43,098 bases of DNA from Actinomycetota bacterium (GTDB lineage Bacteria > Actinomycetota > Actinomycetes > Nanopelagicales > Nanopelagicaceae), in the NCBI GenBank assembly GCA_013205455.1, contig JABMMO010000004.1, positions 1-43,098 of the forward strand. The letters run 5' to 3'. Position numbers and translations under genes: made by a program. Below, piece after piece: positions 11,438-21,322 of the stretch. Every line of letters starts with the position of its first letter. Within the stretch, counting starts at the first letter, position 1. Under the pieces are notes generated by a model, which was not told where the DNA came from, did not search any database, and was given only the letters and a program-made list of their open reading frames with translations.

Positions 11438-11873
11438 CGAAGAGTTACCACTTGTTGCTCCAAACGGGGATGCATTTCCAGTTCAATTAAACGATTTGGA
11501 ATTGAAAGCTAAATTAGATCCGCTCTCATTTGAAGTCTTACGTAAGGCCGGAACTGAACGCCCTTTTACTGGTGAATATACTGATTCTGAAACTGTTGGC
11601 GTTTATAAATGCAAAGCCTGCAACGCTGAACTTTTTCGGAGCGAAACTAAATTTCACTCGGGCTGTGGTTGGCCATCTTTTTACGCACCCACTAAAGATG
11701 ATGCAGTTCTCTTGATTGAGGATCGCTCACTCTTCCCGAGAGTTAGAACTGAGGCACGATGCGCATCTTGTGGCTCCCATCTCGGCCATGTTTTTGAAGG
11801 CGAAGGTTATGACGTGCCAACAGATCAGCGTTGGTGCATTAATTCAGTTTCGTTAATTCTCGAACCTAAATAA
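11430..11873 (+). CDS. msrB: Peptide-methionine (R)-S-oxide reductase MsrB
   Basis: I chose the ATG at 11430, an 8-nt overlap with msrA (ATGAATAA). Two CxxC zinc motifs (CKACNAELF, CASCGSHLGHVF) and a catalytic Cys in RWCINS. Confidence 0.9.
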   Translation: MNNEELPLVAPNGDAFPVQLNDLELKAKLDPLSFEVLRKAGTERPFTGEYTDSETVGVYKCKACNAELFRSETKFHSGCGWPSFYAPTKDDAVLLIEDRSLFPRVRTEARCASCGSHLGHVFEGEGYDVPTDQRWCINSVSLILEPK

Positions 11874-12501
11874 GTTCGGTGCCACGCCAGCAATACCAAG
11901 CAACATGACTTCGAAAACCCACAAATTTATCGCCAAGTTTTTCCAATTTTTTTGGTTCTAATTCAACTCTCGCTTTATGAATCTTTTCCCAACCACGTCT
12001 AACACCTAAATCTCCAACCGGCCAAACATCTAGCCGACCAAGTTGAAACATCAAGAACATCTCTATAGTCCATCGACCGATGCCAAACAATGGAAGAAGT
12101 AGTGCAGAAATTTCAGAATCAGAAAGCTCATGTAATTTATGAACACCTGATTTCTTATCAAGAAAGACATTACTAAGTTCGGTAAGCGACCTAGTTTTAG
12201 CTCCAGAGACTCCAGAGGCACGAATCTGTTCTTGACTTAATTTAGCAACTCTTCTTGGCGTTAACTCTCCGCCTGCTGTTTCAGTGGTTCGCTTAATAAT
12301 CGTATCTGCGGCTTTTGTCGAAAGTTGTTGCGAAAGTATCGAAGCAGCTAAGGAATAGAAGGGAGTTTCTTCAGATTTAATGCGACCGATGGTACAAAGT
12401 TTTGAATTAGCAATTACGTTAGAGAATGCGGGATCGATCTCAACAATCTTAGTTGCGATTGACCTGGCTTTCTGGTCAGAGATTAAAACTTGGGTATTCA
12501 T
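11866..12501 (-). CDS. HhH-GPD DNA glycosylase (3-methyladenine DNA glycosylase II / AlkA-like)
   Basis: Helix-hairpin-helix LFGIGRWTIEMFLMF followed by WPVGDLGVRRG containing the catalytic Asp. About 210 aa, a short AlkA-type protein. Confidence 0.8.
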   Translation of the reverse strand: MNTQVLISDQKARSIATKIVEIDPAFSNVIANSKLCTIGRIKSEETPFYSLAASILSQQLSTKAADTIIKRTTETAGGELTPRRVAKLSQEQIRASGVSGAKTRSLTELSNVFLDKKSGVHKLHELSDSEISALLLPLFGIGRWTIEMFLMFQLGRLDVWPVGDLGVRRGWEKIHKARVELEPKKLEKLGDKFVGFRSHVAWYCWRGTELI

Positions 12502-13063
12502 CAGTTACGAGCAAGAAGGCGTATCCAGCGACGCGGTTCCAATAGGAAATAGTTCCAACCACACCTTTTGCGCACCATTCCGGATATTGGTTGGAGATTA
12601 ATATCGAAACCCACGCAAAGACCGTGAGCGCTAATGCATAAACGGCATAGACCGCACCTACTAAATAAAGTGGGATTGCCAAGATCCATTTCACAAGAGG
12701 TAAGTACCGATTTAATTTCTTACCACCATCAATTTCTGGAAAAGTAATTTCAACTCTGGGATCCGACTCAATTGAGGGATACCCATCTTGAAGTAAAAGC
12801 GCAAAAGCGACGATTCGATTTGAAAGTCCAAGAAGCGCCTTATTAAAACTAAGCACATAACTTGGATATACCTCACGAAAAACTAGTGCAAGTAACGCCG
12901 GCAGAACTAAGAAAGCAGTGGGCCAGCCATTTGTAGCATCTGAGATTGAAAAAGAAGATGAGAAAATCGCGATCGGTGCCACCAATATCAACCTAAATAG
13001 CACGCTAATTCGGTCTCTAGATATAAATTCAACTTTTATATTGGTCTCAATCTGTGCGGACAC
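12476..13063 (-). CDS. DUF4389-like integral membrane protein
   Basis: Four hydrophobic segments. The pattern RLILVAPIAIF ... YPEW ... YWNRVAGYAFLLVTDEYPSF matches DUF4389 as I recall it. Overlaps the downstream glycosylase gene by 26 nt on the same strand. Confidence 0.6.
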   Translation of the reverse strand: MSAQIETNIKVEFISRDRISVLFRLILVAPIAIFSSSFSISDATNGWPTAFLVLPALLALVFREVYPSYVLSFNKALLGLSNRIVAFALLLQDGYPSIESDPRVEITFPEIDGGKKLNRYLPLVKWILAIPLYLVGAVYAVYALALTVFAWVSILISNQYPEWCAKGVVGTISYWNRVAGYAFLLVTDEYPSFNL

Positions 13064-13120
13064 AAGCTCTCCTTCGCTTTGTGAAGTGCAATTATTTTAT
13101 TACTTTAATAGGATACGCCC

Positions 13121-14014
13121 ATGAGCGCAACAGTATGGTTAGTAACGCTATTAGTTCTTGGCTTAATTCTGGCAATTGATCTTTTGATTGCTATTATCAA
13201 TCGACATAAAGTCACAACCATGAAATCAGCTGCAACTTGGACTGTTTTTTATGTATCGCTTGCCATTGTATTTGGTTTATCTATGGGCAGTTGGGGAAAT
13301 GCGCAGGCCCAAGGTGAATTCTTTGCAGGTTGGATTACTGAATATTCACTTTCGATGGATAACTTATTTGTATTTATTTTGATTTTAGCCCGAATGAAAG
13401 TTAGTCAAGAGAAAGAAGAGCTAGTTCTTCTCATCGGAATTGTGATGTCACTCTTTCTTCGTGGAATCTTTATTGGAGCTGGATCAGCGCTTGTAAATCG
13501 TTGGTCGTGGGTCTTCTTCTTGTTTGGTGCGTTCTTGCTCTACACCGCTTACAAATTGATTGTGGAGGATTCCGAAAAGGATTATGAAGAGGGACCGTTT
13601 ATTAAGTTTCTTCATAAGAAAGGCGCATCCAACTTTGTAATAGCGCTTTCAGCGATTGCCACTACAAATGTTATTTTCGCATTTGATTCTATTCCAGCGA
13701 TATTCGGGCTCACTAAAGATCCATATATTGTGGTTACTGCAAACATTTTTGCGCTAATGGGGTTAAGGCAGCTTTACTTTATTATCGGTGGTTTAATGAA
13801 AAAACTAATTTATCTCTCCGAAGGTCTCGCGATTATTTTAGGTTTCATTGGACTCAAATTGATCTTCGAGGCCTCTCACTTTCAAGGGTGGCACAAATTC
13901 TTTGGTGTACCCATCCCAGAAATTTCTTTGGCGCTGAGTCTTTCAGTAATTTTGGGAGTTTTGGTAATGACAACCGCCTTAAGTCTTATCAAAGGCCGCA
14001 AGCAGAGCGCTTGA
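13121..14014 (+). CDS. TerC-family integral membrane protein (paralog 1)
   Basis: Multi-pass membrane protein with the TerC signatures EYSLSMDNLFVF and FDSIPAIFGLTKDPYIV. Confidence 0.88.
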   Translation: MSATVWLVTLLVLGLILAIDLLIAIINRHKVTTMKSAATWTVFYVSLAIVFGLSMGSWGNAQAQGEFFAGWITEYSLSMDNLFVFILILARMKVSQEKEELVLLIGIVMSLFLRGIFIGAGSALVNRWSWVFFLFGAFLLYTAYKLIVEDSEKDYEEGPFIKFLHKKGASNFVIALSAIATTNVIFAFDSIPAIFGLTKDPYIVVTANIFALMGLRQLYFIIGGLMKKLIYLSEGLAIILGFIGLKLIFEASHFQGWHKFFGVPIPEISLALSLSVILGVLVMTTALSLIKGRKQSA

Positions 14015-14040
14015 CTGCAAATAGCTAGTTAATTTGCCGG

Positions 14041-14080
14041 GTAGAGCCATAATCGATTTTTCACTCTACTTTTAGTTTTT
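14041..14080 (+). terminator. Weak candidate intrinsic terminator after TerC paralog 1
   Basis: GTAGAG (14041-14046) pairs with CTCTAC (14064-14069) and is followed by TTTTAGTTTTT. The stem is only 6 bp and the loop 17 nt, so this is marginal. Confidence 0.25.
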
Positions 14081-14110
14081 CCGAGACATTTTTAGTGGAA
14101 TACTGGCGCA

Positions 14111-15259
14111 ATGAGTGAAAAAGTAATCGCAGATTCTTTAGCCCAACTGCAGAAAAGATCTAGTTCTAAATGGCGTTTCTACCCAAGTGATATTTTGCCG
14201 TTGCCGGTTGCCGAAATGGATTTTCAAATTGCTGAACCGATTAAGGCGGCTCTCCACGATTTAGTTGAACGCTCAGATACCGGTTATTTAGGACCGATTC
14301 CAGAGTTGAAAGAAAATTTTGCCGGGTTTGCTAACCGGAAATGGAATTGGAATTTAGATCCAGAACAAGTTCGAATCGCTTGCGACGTGGGAGTTGGCGT
14401 TATCGAAGTTCTACGTACCTTTATGAGTGTTGGCGATAAATTAATGATTAATACCCCTGTTTATAACAATTTTTTTACCTGGATAAATGAAATCAAACTC
14501 ACAAAAGTTGAAGTCCCATTAAAACGTGAAGGCATGCATTTCACTTTAGATTTGCTGGGAATCGAAGCAGCGTACAAAGCTGGAGTGAAGGCGCACTTGC
14601 TTTGCAACCCGCATAATCCAGTAGGAACTGTTTATACAAAACTAGAGTTGATGCAAATTGCAGAATTAGCAGATAAGTATAAAGTAATAGTAATTAGTGA
14701 TGAGATCCATGCACCGCTAACTTTTTCTGATTCAACTTTTACCCCGTTTCTAGCAGCCTCAGATATTTCAAAAAAAGTTGGTATTACCGTAACTTCAGCA
14801 AGCAAGGCTTTTAATCTTGCTGGTTTGAAATGTGCAACTATCGTCGCACAGGATCCTAAATTAAATGCCATGTTGGATACTATGCCTGAGTCAGTACATT
14901 TCAGAGCTTCACTATTTGGTGCGATTGCTGATGCTGTGGCATATAAATCCGGTGACGAATGGTTAGACGGCATAATCGCAACCTTGGATGACAATCGACG
15001 CCTACTTGCTGATCTCTTAGCGGCCAAAGTTCCAGCAATTAAGTATCGAATTCCTGATTGCAGTTACTTAGCCTGGTTAGATGTTTCTGAGTTAAATCTT
15101 GGAGAGAACCCAGCTGCCCATTTCTTAGAGAAAGGCAAAGTGGCCTTTAATCCGGGCCATACATATGGCGCTGATTATTCACAATTTATTCGTTTAAATT
15201 TTGGAACAAGTCCCGAAATCATCACCGATTCGATTGGACGAATCCTTAACTCCTTATAG
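14111..15259 (+). CDS. PLP-dependent class I/II aminotransferase-fold C-S lyase (PatB/MalY-type cystathionine beta-lyase)
   Basis: N-terminal KW..YP.DILPLPVAEMDF block, NPHNPVGTVY, and the PLP-lysine region SASKAFNLAGLK. Length is typical for the MalY/PatB family. Confidence 0.82.
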   Translation: MSEKVIADSLAQLQKRSSSKWRFYPSDILPLPVAEMDFQIAEPIKAALHDLVERSDTGYLGPIPELKENFAGFANRKWNWNLDPEQVRIACDVGVGVIEVLRTFMSVGDKLMINTPVYNNFFTWINEIKLTKVEVPLKREGMHFTLDLLGIEAAYKAGVKAHLLCNPHNPVGTVYTKLELMQIAELADKYKVIVISDEIHAPLTFSDSTFTPFLAASDISKKVGITVTSASKAFNLAGLKCATIVAQDPKLNAMLDTMPESVHFRASLFGAIADAVAYKSGDEWLDGIIATLDDNRRLLADLLAAKVPAIKYRIPDCSYLAWLDVSELNLGENPAAHFLEKGKVAFNPGHTYGADYSQFIRLNFGTSPEIITDSIGRILNSL

Positions 15260-15268
15260 AATTCTCAT

Positions 15269-15418
15269 ATGTTCAAAGCAATTCGCCGGATAACTACGCT
15301 ATTCGCATTGCTTCTCCTTGCAGTCAAAGGGGTTTTCACTTTCCTTTCTTGGGTAGAACGAACTGATGAATCTGCCAGCGCATGGGTCGATGAAGATGAA
15401 TTCGAGGATGTAATTTGA
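15269..15418 (+). CDS. Candidate 49-aa membrane-anchored small protein (below the ORF-track cutoff)
   Basis: Hand translation gives MFKAIRRITTLFALLLLAVKGVFTFLSWVERTDESASAWVDEDEFEDVI. It has one hydrophobic helix and an acidic tail. Its TGA overlaps the TTG start of the next ORF (TTTGA). No clear SD is present. Confidence 0.3.
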   Translation: MFKAIRRITTLFALLLLAVKGVFTFLSWVERTDESASAWVDEDEFEDVI

Positions 15419-15795
15419 GCACTGAATACATCCCTGGAACTTGTAACTTAGGGAAGAGCGAAGTTCGTCGTCGCCAAATTGTTGCGCTAATTGGGGCAGC
15501 TTTTTCGATTTCAAGTGGTTTCAACCTCGCCTCTGCAAACGTTTCCACAATTGGAAAGTTTTCTATCTTTTTGCCACTCATGGTTTTCGCAATCGGCTTT
15601 GTACAATCTCGAAAAAAGTTTTGCTTGGCATATGTGCTAGCCGGTACATTCAATTTAGGAAAAATGGGTGAAATTTCTAAAGTACAAAATCCAGTTGATC
15701 GCGCTGCTGATCGGAAAACAGCTTTAGTAATTCTTGCTCAATCAGCCGCGCTTGCGCTAGCTCTCACTTTAGCTTTCGTAATAGCCACCCGTTAA
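15415..15795 (+). CDS. Small membrane protein, possibly YgaP-like/DUF2892-type
   Basis: TTG start. The pattern CNLGKSEVRRRQIVALIG ... FCLAYVLAGTFN resembles the N.G..DR..R..G / FCP.Y..G motifs of DUF2892 as I recall them. It has an extra C-terminal hydrophobic helix. Antisense ORFs in this interval look non-protein-like. Confidence 0.45.
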   Translation: MSTEYIPGTCNLGKSEVRRRQIVALIGAAFSISSGFNLASANVSTIGKFSIFLPLMVFAIGFVQSRKKFCLAYVLAGTFNLGKMGEISKVQNPVDRAADRKTALVILAQSAALALALTLAFVIATR

Positions 15796-15826
15796 TTAAA
15801 ACTACTACCGAGAATCAGAAAATTAG

Positions 15827-16720
15827 ATGACTGACGCCAAAACTTGGGGAGTAACAATCGCATTACTCCTCGGCGTACTTGTGTTGGATTTATTATTAGC
15901 AATTAAAAATCGCAAACGAGAAACCACAGTAAAAGAAGCTGCGCTTTGGACAATTTTCTATGTAGTTGCCGCAATTATCTTTGGACTAAACCTGCAATTT
16001 AATGGGGTTGCTGGCCAGGGTGAAGAATTCTTTGCTGGGTGGTTAACGGAATATTCACTCTCGGTAGATAACGTCTTTATTTTCATAATATTGCTGGCGA
16101 ATTTGAGCGTTAAACGAGAGAGCGCACAATTAATTTTATTGGCTGGCATAGCAATTGCCTTGGTTTTGCGAGGTATTTTTATTGCACTTGGTTCGGCCCT
16201 GATTTCTAAGTTCTCCGCTGCATTCTTTATTTTCGCAATAATTTTGATAGCCACTGCTTGGAAGCTAATAAAAGAAAAACATGGTGATGAAAAGATATAT
16301 AAAGAAGGCCGGATAATCACGGCACTTCGAAAGCGCGGCGCTTCTACTTTCACAATCGCTTTGGTGGCAGTCGGAACCACAGATTTGATATTCGCACTCG
16401 ATTCGATACCTGCAATTTTTGGTCTCACCAAAGATCCTTACATCGTATTCACTGCAAACGCATTTGCACTAATGGGACTTCGCCAACTTTATTTCTTACT
16501 GGCCGGGTTAGTCGACCGTTTAATTTATCTTTCTAAGGGCTTAGCGGTAATTCTTGGATTTATTGGATTTAAGCTGTTCATTGAAGGCTTGCATGGAGTA
16601 GGAATCGATAAAATCGGTTTCTACGAAATCCCACATATCTCGCTCACGGTGAGCCTAGGTGTGATCGGAGCTGCGTTGTCTGTTACGACCTTGATAAGTT
16701 TAACTGCAACGCGAAAATAG
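15827..16720 (+). CDS. TerC-family integral membrane protein (paralog 2)
   Basis: Same length (297 aa) and same signatures (EYSLSVDNVFIF, LDSIPAIFGLTKDPYIV) as the copy at 13121. Roughly half the residues are identical by eye. Confidence 0.88.
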   Translation: MTDAKTWGVTIALLLGVLVLDLLLAIKNRKRETTVKEAALWTIFYVVAAIIFGLNLQFNGVAGQGEEFFAGWLTEYSLSVDNVFIFIILLANLSVKRESAQLILLAGIAIALVLRGIFIALGSALISKFSAAFFIFAIILIATAWKLIKEKHGDEKIYKEGRIITALRKRGASTFTIALVAVGTTDLIFALDSIPAIFGLTKDPYIVFTANAFALMGLRQLYFLLAGLVDRLIYLSKGLAVILGFIGFKLFIEGLHGVGIDKIGFYEIPHISLTVSLGVIGAALSVTTLISLTATRK

Positions 16721-16844
16721 TTTCTTAAATAAGTGCTCGTCGGGCTAGCTAAAGCGCCACAAATCCAACGGATATTCCTGCAATTAAAACATGTCGTAAA
16801 TTTTGCTCAATAGGTCTATAGTCATTTGTAGAAGGGAACAATAT

Positions 16845-17183
16845 ATGGAAATAATTATTCATCCAAGGAACGCAGCTCTAGCGGAAGATTTCAGAGAAAT
16901 TGCTTTAGAAAAATTAGAGAGCATCAAAAGATTTAAAGTTAAAATTGACCGGATTGAGTTAGAAGTTATACACGAAAGTAATCCTAAGTTCGGAAAGAAG
17001 TCTCATAAAGTAGTACTGACTTCACGGGGGAGTGGCCCGCTACTACGTTCAGAATCTTATGGCTTTAATGATTTGGCTGCTTTCGACGATGCTGTAGAAA
17101 ATTTAGAACTGCAAATAAGAAAGGTGCATGAACGATCTAAAGAAATATTTCGTGGCTCCATCAGAAAAAAAACTAGTAATTAA
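16845..17183 (+). CDS. hpf: Short (112 aa) ribosome hibernation factor, HPF/RaiA family
   Basis: I chose the ATG at 16845, preceded by GAAGGG 8 nt upstream. MEIIIHPRN...LEKLESI...IELEVIHE...KVVLTS...DLAAFDDAVENLELQIRKVHERSK fits the sigma-54-modulation/HPF fold. No C-terminal dimerisation extension. Confidence 0.7.
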   Translation: MEIIIHPRNAALAEDFREIALEKLESIKRFKVKIDRIELEVIHESNPKFGKKSHKVVLTSRGSGPLLRSESYGFNDLAAFDDAVENLELQIRKVHERSKEIFRGSIRKKTSN

Positions 17184-17185
17184 AA

Positions 17186-17359
17186 CTATTTTAAATACTT
17201 AACCGCAGGTTCGTAAGCATCGTAAAAAGCGATGTTCCAATTACCTTGGTTCGGATCGAACATCTGTCCGCTGATTTCACCCTGTCCGAGTGATAAGTGC
17301 TCCATTTTTCCTGATCTAATTCTTCTTCGGACATTACAAATTCCCTGAGATTTGAACAT
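17186..17359 (-). CDS. Candidate small ORF (39-57 aa), uncertain
   Basis: Hand translation of a second minus-strand frame gives (MFKSQGICNVRRRIRSGK)MEHLSLGQGEISGQMFDPNQGNWNIAFYDAYEPAVKYLK. The internal ATG at 17305 is preceded by AGGA. It competes with the track ORF 17191..17379, in a different frame. Confidence 0.2.
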   Translation of the reverse strand: MFKSQGICNVRRRIRSGKMEHLSLGQGEISGQMFDPNQGNWNIAFYDAYEPAVKYLK

Positions 17360-17451
17360 TGATTGACGTGATTAGCCAATTATTACAGAGTGCCGCTTAC
17401 GGTCAACTCGCAAGCAAAAATTACGCCCGAGAAATAGCTGCTCTAAGTTAG

Positions 17452-18804
<1,353 letters not shown>

Positions 18805-18823
18805 TTAGTTTGCTACAAACTAG

Positions 18824-19951
18824 TTATGCTTTTAAGTTTCCACCGATTGCAATTCCTTCACGAATACATATCGCCTTTGCAATTTTAAGTGAAATCTCTA
18901 AATCTTCGTTTCCATCAGCAATTGGTTCGCCATCCTGTTTTCCAGTTGTAGCAAGAGTATGGAAAGCCGTTAGTTCAATTTCGAATGAAGGTAAATACGA
19001 CTCTGTGGTCGTATTTTCATGATCAAGTCCGATTCGTTTCGTTGAAATCAATTTTGTAGGAACTCTAAGAATATATGGGCTAGGGAAGATGATGTGATGT
19101 CCTTCGAACTCATTTACCCATCGAATTTCTTCTTGGTAAAGCGGATATTGATCTAAATAGAACCATCTAATTGTGATTCTGACATTATCGGCAGTACGTG
19201 CATGAATAATTATGGAATGAGCTTTTTCACTACCATCATTTGGCCAACGATCTACAAAATCAACTTCAGTTATATGTAGATCGAGAGCCCGTAAAACGGA
19301 TAGCTCATGAATAACGCTACCTAGAATTACATCCGTGTAAAAACTTCCAAAAGAATCCGCGGCAGCTTCACCCAGGGCAGTAACTTGGATATGACGGTCA
19401 CTGCTCTTAAATTTCTCAATTAATTCTTTTGGTGCTGGCGCAGATGTTACTGAAATTTCCGTTGTTGCAAGCTGGCTCTCACCACTTGGATGCAGCACCA
19501 CAACATCTACCGTACGTGGCCGACTCTTAATAAGTTTCTTTGCCGCCGTTACCGCGGGATCAAATGTTTTCATGTAACCGATCATCAGTTTTTTGCCAGA
19601 AGCGCTAAGTGCAACTTCGATAGATTCCATTTCTTCTCTTGAGTAGGCGAGTGGTTTTTCGCAGAATACATCTAAACCAGAATTGAGCGCACTAACTACA
19701 ACTTCAGCATGGCTTCCTGAATTTAGAATGACAACGGCATCTATTAATGAAGATGCAAACATTTCTTCGGGGGAGGGAAATCTATTAACTATTCCAAAAC
19801 GGTCGGCCAGCAAATTAGCCGCAGCAATATTAAAATCAGCAATTGCAGCAACTGCGAAGAGATCACTCCGTCGCGTGAGAATCGGCAGGTGCACGGAAGA
19901 AGCCACTAGGCCAGCACCTATTACTCCTACACGAACGATCTGATTGTTCAT
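18824..19951 (-). CDS. Gfo/Idh/MocA-family NAD(P)-dependent oxidoreductase (possible inositol dehydrogenase)
   Basis: I chose the ATG at 19951, preceded by GGAGGAAAGC. The track start at 20080 would overlap the divergent gene. Rossmann motif VGVIGAGLVASS and the family motif CEKPLA. Confidence 0.8.
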   Translation of the reverse strand: MNNQIVRVGVIGAGLVASSVHLPILTRRSDLFAVAAIADFNIAAANLLADRFGIVNRFPSPEEMFASSLIDAVVILNSGSHAEVVVSALNSGLDVFCEKPLAYSREEMESIEVALSASGKKLMIGYMKTFDPAVTAAKKLIKSRPRTVDVVVLHPSGESQLATTEISVTSAPAPKELIEKFKSSDRHIQVTALGEAAADSFGSFYTDVILGSVIHELSVLRALDLHITEVDFVDRWPNDGSEKAHSIIIHARTADNVRITIRWFYLDQYPLYQEEIRWVNEFEGHHIIFPSPYILRVPTKLISTKRIGLDHENTTTESYLPSFEIELTAFHTLATTGKQDGEPIADGNEDLEISLKIAKAICIREGIAIGGNLKA

Positions 19952-20038
19952 GCTTTCCTCCAAATTAAGTGACTTATTTCCATTAAATCTTAGCGAATTT
20001 GGTAAAAAGTAGCGAGTATCTACAGAATAATTCGAAGC

Positions 20039-21322
20039 ATGATGGAAAAAAGTAGCGCACCTACAACGGAAGACCTGCAATGGTTAAAAACGGTAGTAAC
20101 AAATATCCATATAAAAAATCGCCAGCGCGGCCACGCAACTTGGTCTGGCCATGATTTTGATTTCACCTGTCCTTCGTCGGTAACTTACCCATTTCAATGG
20201 TTCTGGGATTCCTGTTTTCATGCAATTGCGCTGAGCCACATTGATTTGGCGAAAGCTGAAGCAGAGATAAAAAGTCTATTAAAGAATCAACATGATGATG
20301 GTTTTGTTTCGCACGTGACATTCTGGCAACGCGATAGTTTTGAAGAGATGGTTTCGACTTATGCGATTGCTTTCCGTTCGAAATACTTATCAGATGAGAT
20401 GCAGCCACCCTTATTAGCTGAAGCAGTGCAAGCTGTCGCGCAACGTGGCCGCGGTGCTGAATTCATTAACGAAGTATTGCCGAGCGTTCGTAGATTCTAT
20501 GAATGGTTGCATAACGTTAGAAATCCATTTGATGACGGGTTAATTCGCGTGGTCCAACCCGATGAGACTGGCCTCGATCACTCTCCTAAGTGGGATGAGC
20601 TAATGAACATTCAAGATGAAGAGCACGATAGTTGGGATCGTGGTTGGCACTCAATTTGTGACCCTTACGATAAATTTAATCGAGATCCAAAGAAGATGAT
20701 TGCGTTAAATCATTTTGTTGTTGCAGATGTAATGGTAAATGTTATTTATATTGAAAATTTAAGAGTTCTTGCAGAGCTTTGCCTGCAAGTTAAAGATGAG
20801 GCTGGCGCTGCTATTTATATAGCTCGTGCAGCGAAAGCTCGAGATTCCTTAGAAGAACTTTGTTGGGATGAAACAGATGGTCTCTATTACGATGTAAACG
20901 GCAAAGAGAATCAGAAACTTCGAGTTAATACATTTACCTCGCTAATGCCGCTCTTGTTGGCAGATTTAGCGCCTAAAAAAGTCGAAGCATTGATGGCTCA
21001 TCTGCTCAATCCAGACGAGTATTGGGCGGAATTTCCAATACCGAGCACTGCAATGAACCACCCGACTTATCGTCCAGAAACGGTTGGCGGAAATCTAGTG
21101 TGGCGCGGACCAACTTGGATTAATAGCAATTGGTATTTAGCGCGCGGTTTAATGCGACATGGCAGAGTAGATCTTGCTCGAGTGATTGCTAATCAAAGTA
21201 TTTTAGCGATGCGTAAAAGTGGTGTCCGTGAGTATTACAACCCGCAAACCGCATCTGGCCGCGGCGCACCAGATTTTAGTTGGTCAACTATTCTCCTTGA
21301 TTTGGTTATGATGGTTCTCTAA
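20039..21322 (+). CDS. GH63-family (alpha/alpha)6 glycoside hydrolase, glucosylglycerate/mannosylglycerate-hydrolase-like
   Basis: Blocks YPFQWFWDSCFHAIAL, ETGLDHSPKWDE, WRGPTWINSNWYL and EYYNPQT...FSWST align by eye with mycobacterial glucosylglycerate hydrolase (YPHMWSWDAAFVAIGL, ESGMDNSPRWDS, WRGPVWPVLTWL, EYYEPFT...QSWTA). Confidence 0.7.
   Translation: MMEKSSAPTTEDLQWLKTVVTNIHIKNRQRGHATWSGHDFDFTCPSSVTYPFQWFWDSCFHAIALSHIDLAKAEAEIKSLLKNQHDDGFVSHVTFWQRDSFEEMVSTYAIAFRSKYLSDEMQPPLLAEAVQAVAQRGRGAEFINEVLPSVRRFYEWLHNVRNPFDDGLIRVVQPDETGLDHSPKWDELMNIQDEEHDSWDRGWHSICDPYDKFNRDPKKMIALNHFVVADVMVNVIYIENLRVLAELCLQVKDEAGAAIYIARAAKARDSLEELCWDETDGLYYDVNGKENQKLRVNTFTSLMPLLLADLAPKKVEALMAHLLNPDEYWAEFPIPSTAMNHPTYRPETVGGNLVWRGPTWINSNWYLARGLMRHGRVDLARVIANQSILAMRKSGVREYYNPQTASGRGAPDFSWSTILLDLVMMVL

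Noticed and set aside
13064-13120. A yybP-ykoY (Mn) riboswitch upstream of the TerC genes.
   Set aside because: The upstream gaps (57 nt at 13064-13120; 31 nt at 15796-15826) are too short for a riboswitch of about 100 nt or more. I saw no matching conserved helices.
15299-15653. Minus-strand ORFs 15299..15514 (71 aa, Cys-rich) and 15336..15653 (105 aa).
   Set aside because: The translations are basic and Pro-rich with no hydrophobic core or motif. The plus-strand frames give coherent membrane-protein sequences coupled to each other. This call is still low confidence.
18806-18822. A small hairpin, TAGTTTG-CTA-CAAACTA, filling the 19-nt gap between the convergent argG and oxidoreductase genes. 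It might be a bidirectional terminator.
   Set aside because: The stem is 7 bp and AT-rich, the loop is 3 nt, and there is no flanking U-tract. It is probably too weak to function as an intrinsic terminator.
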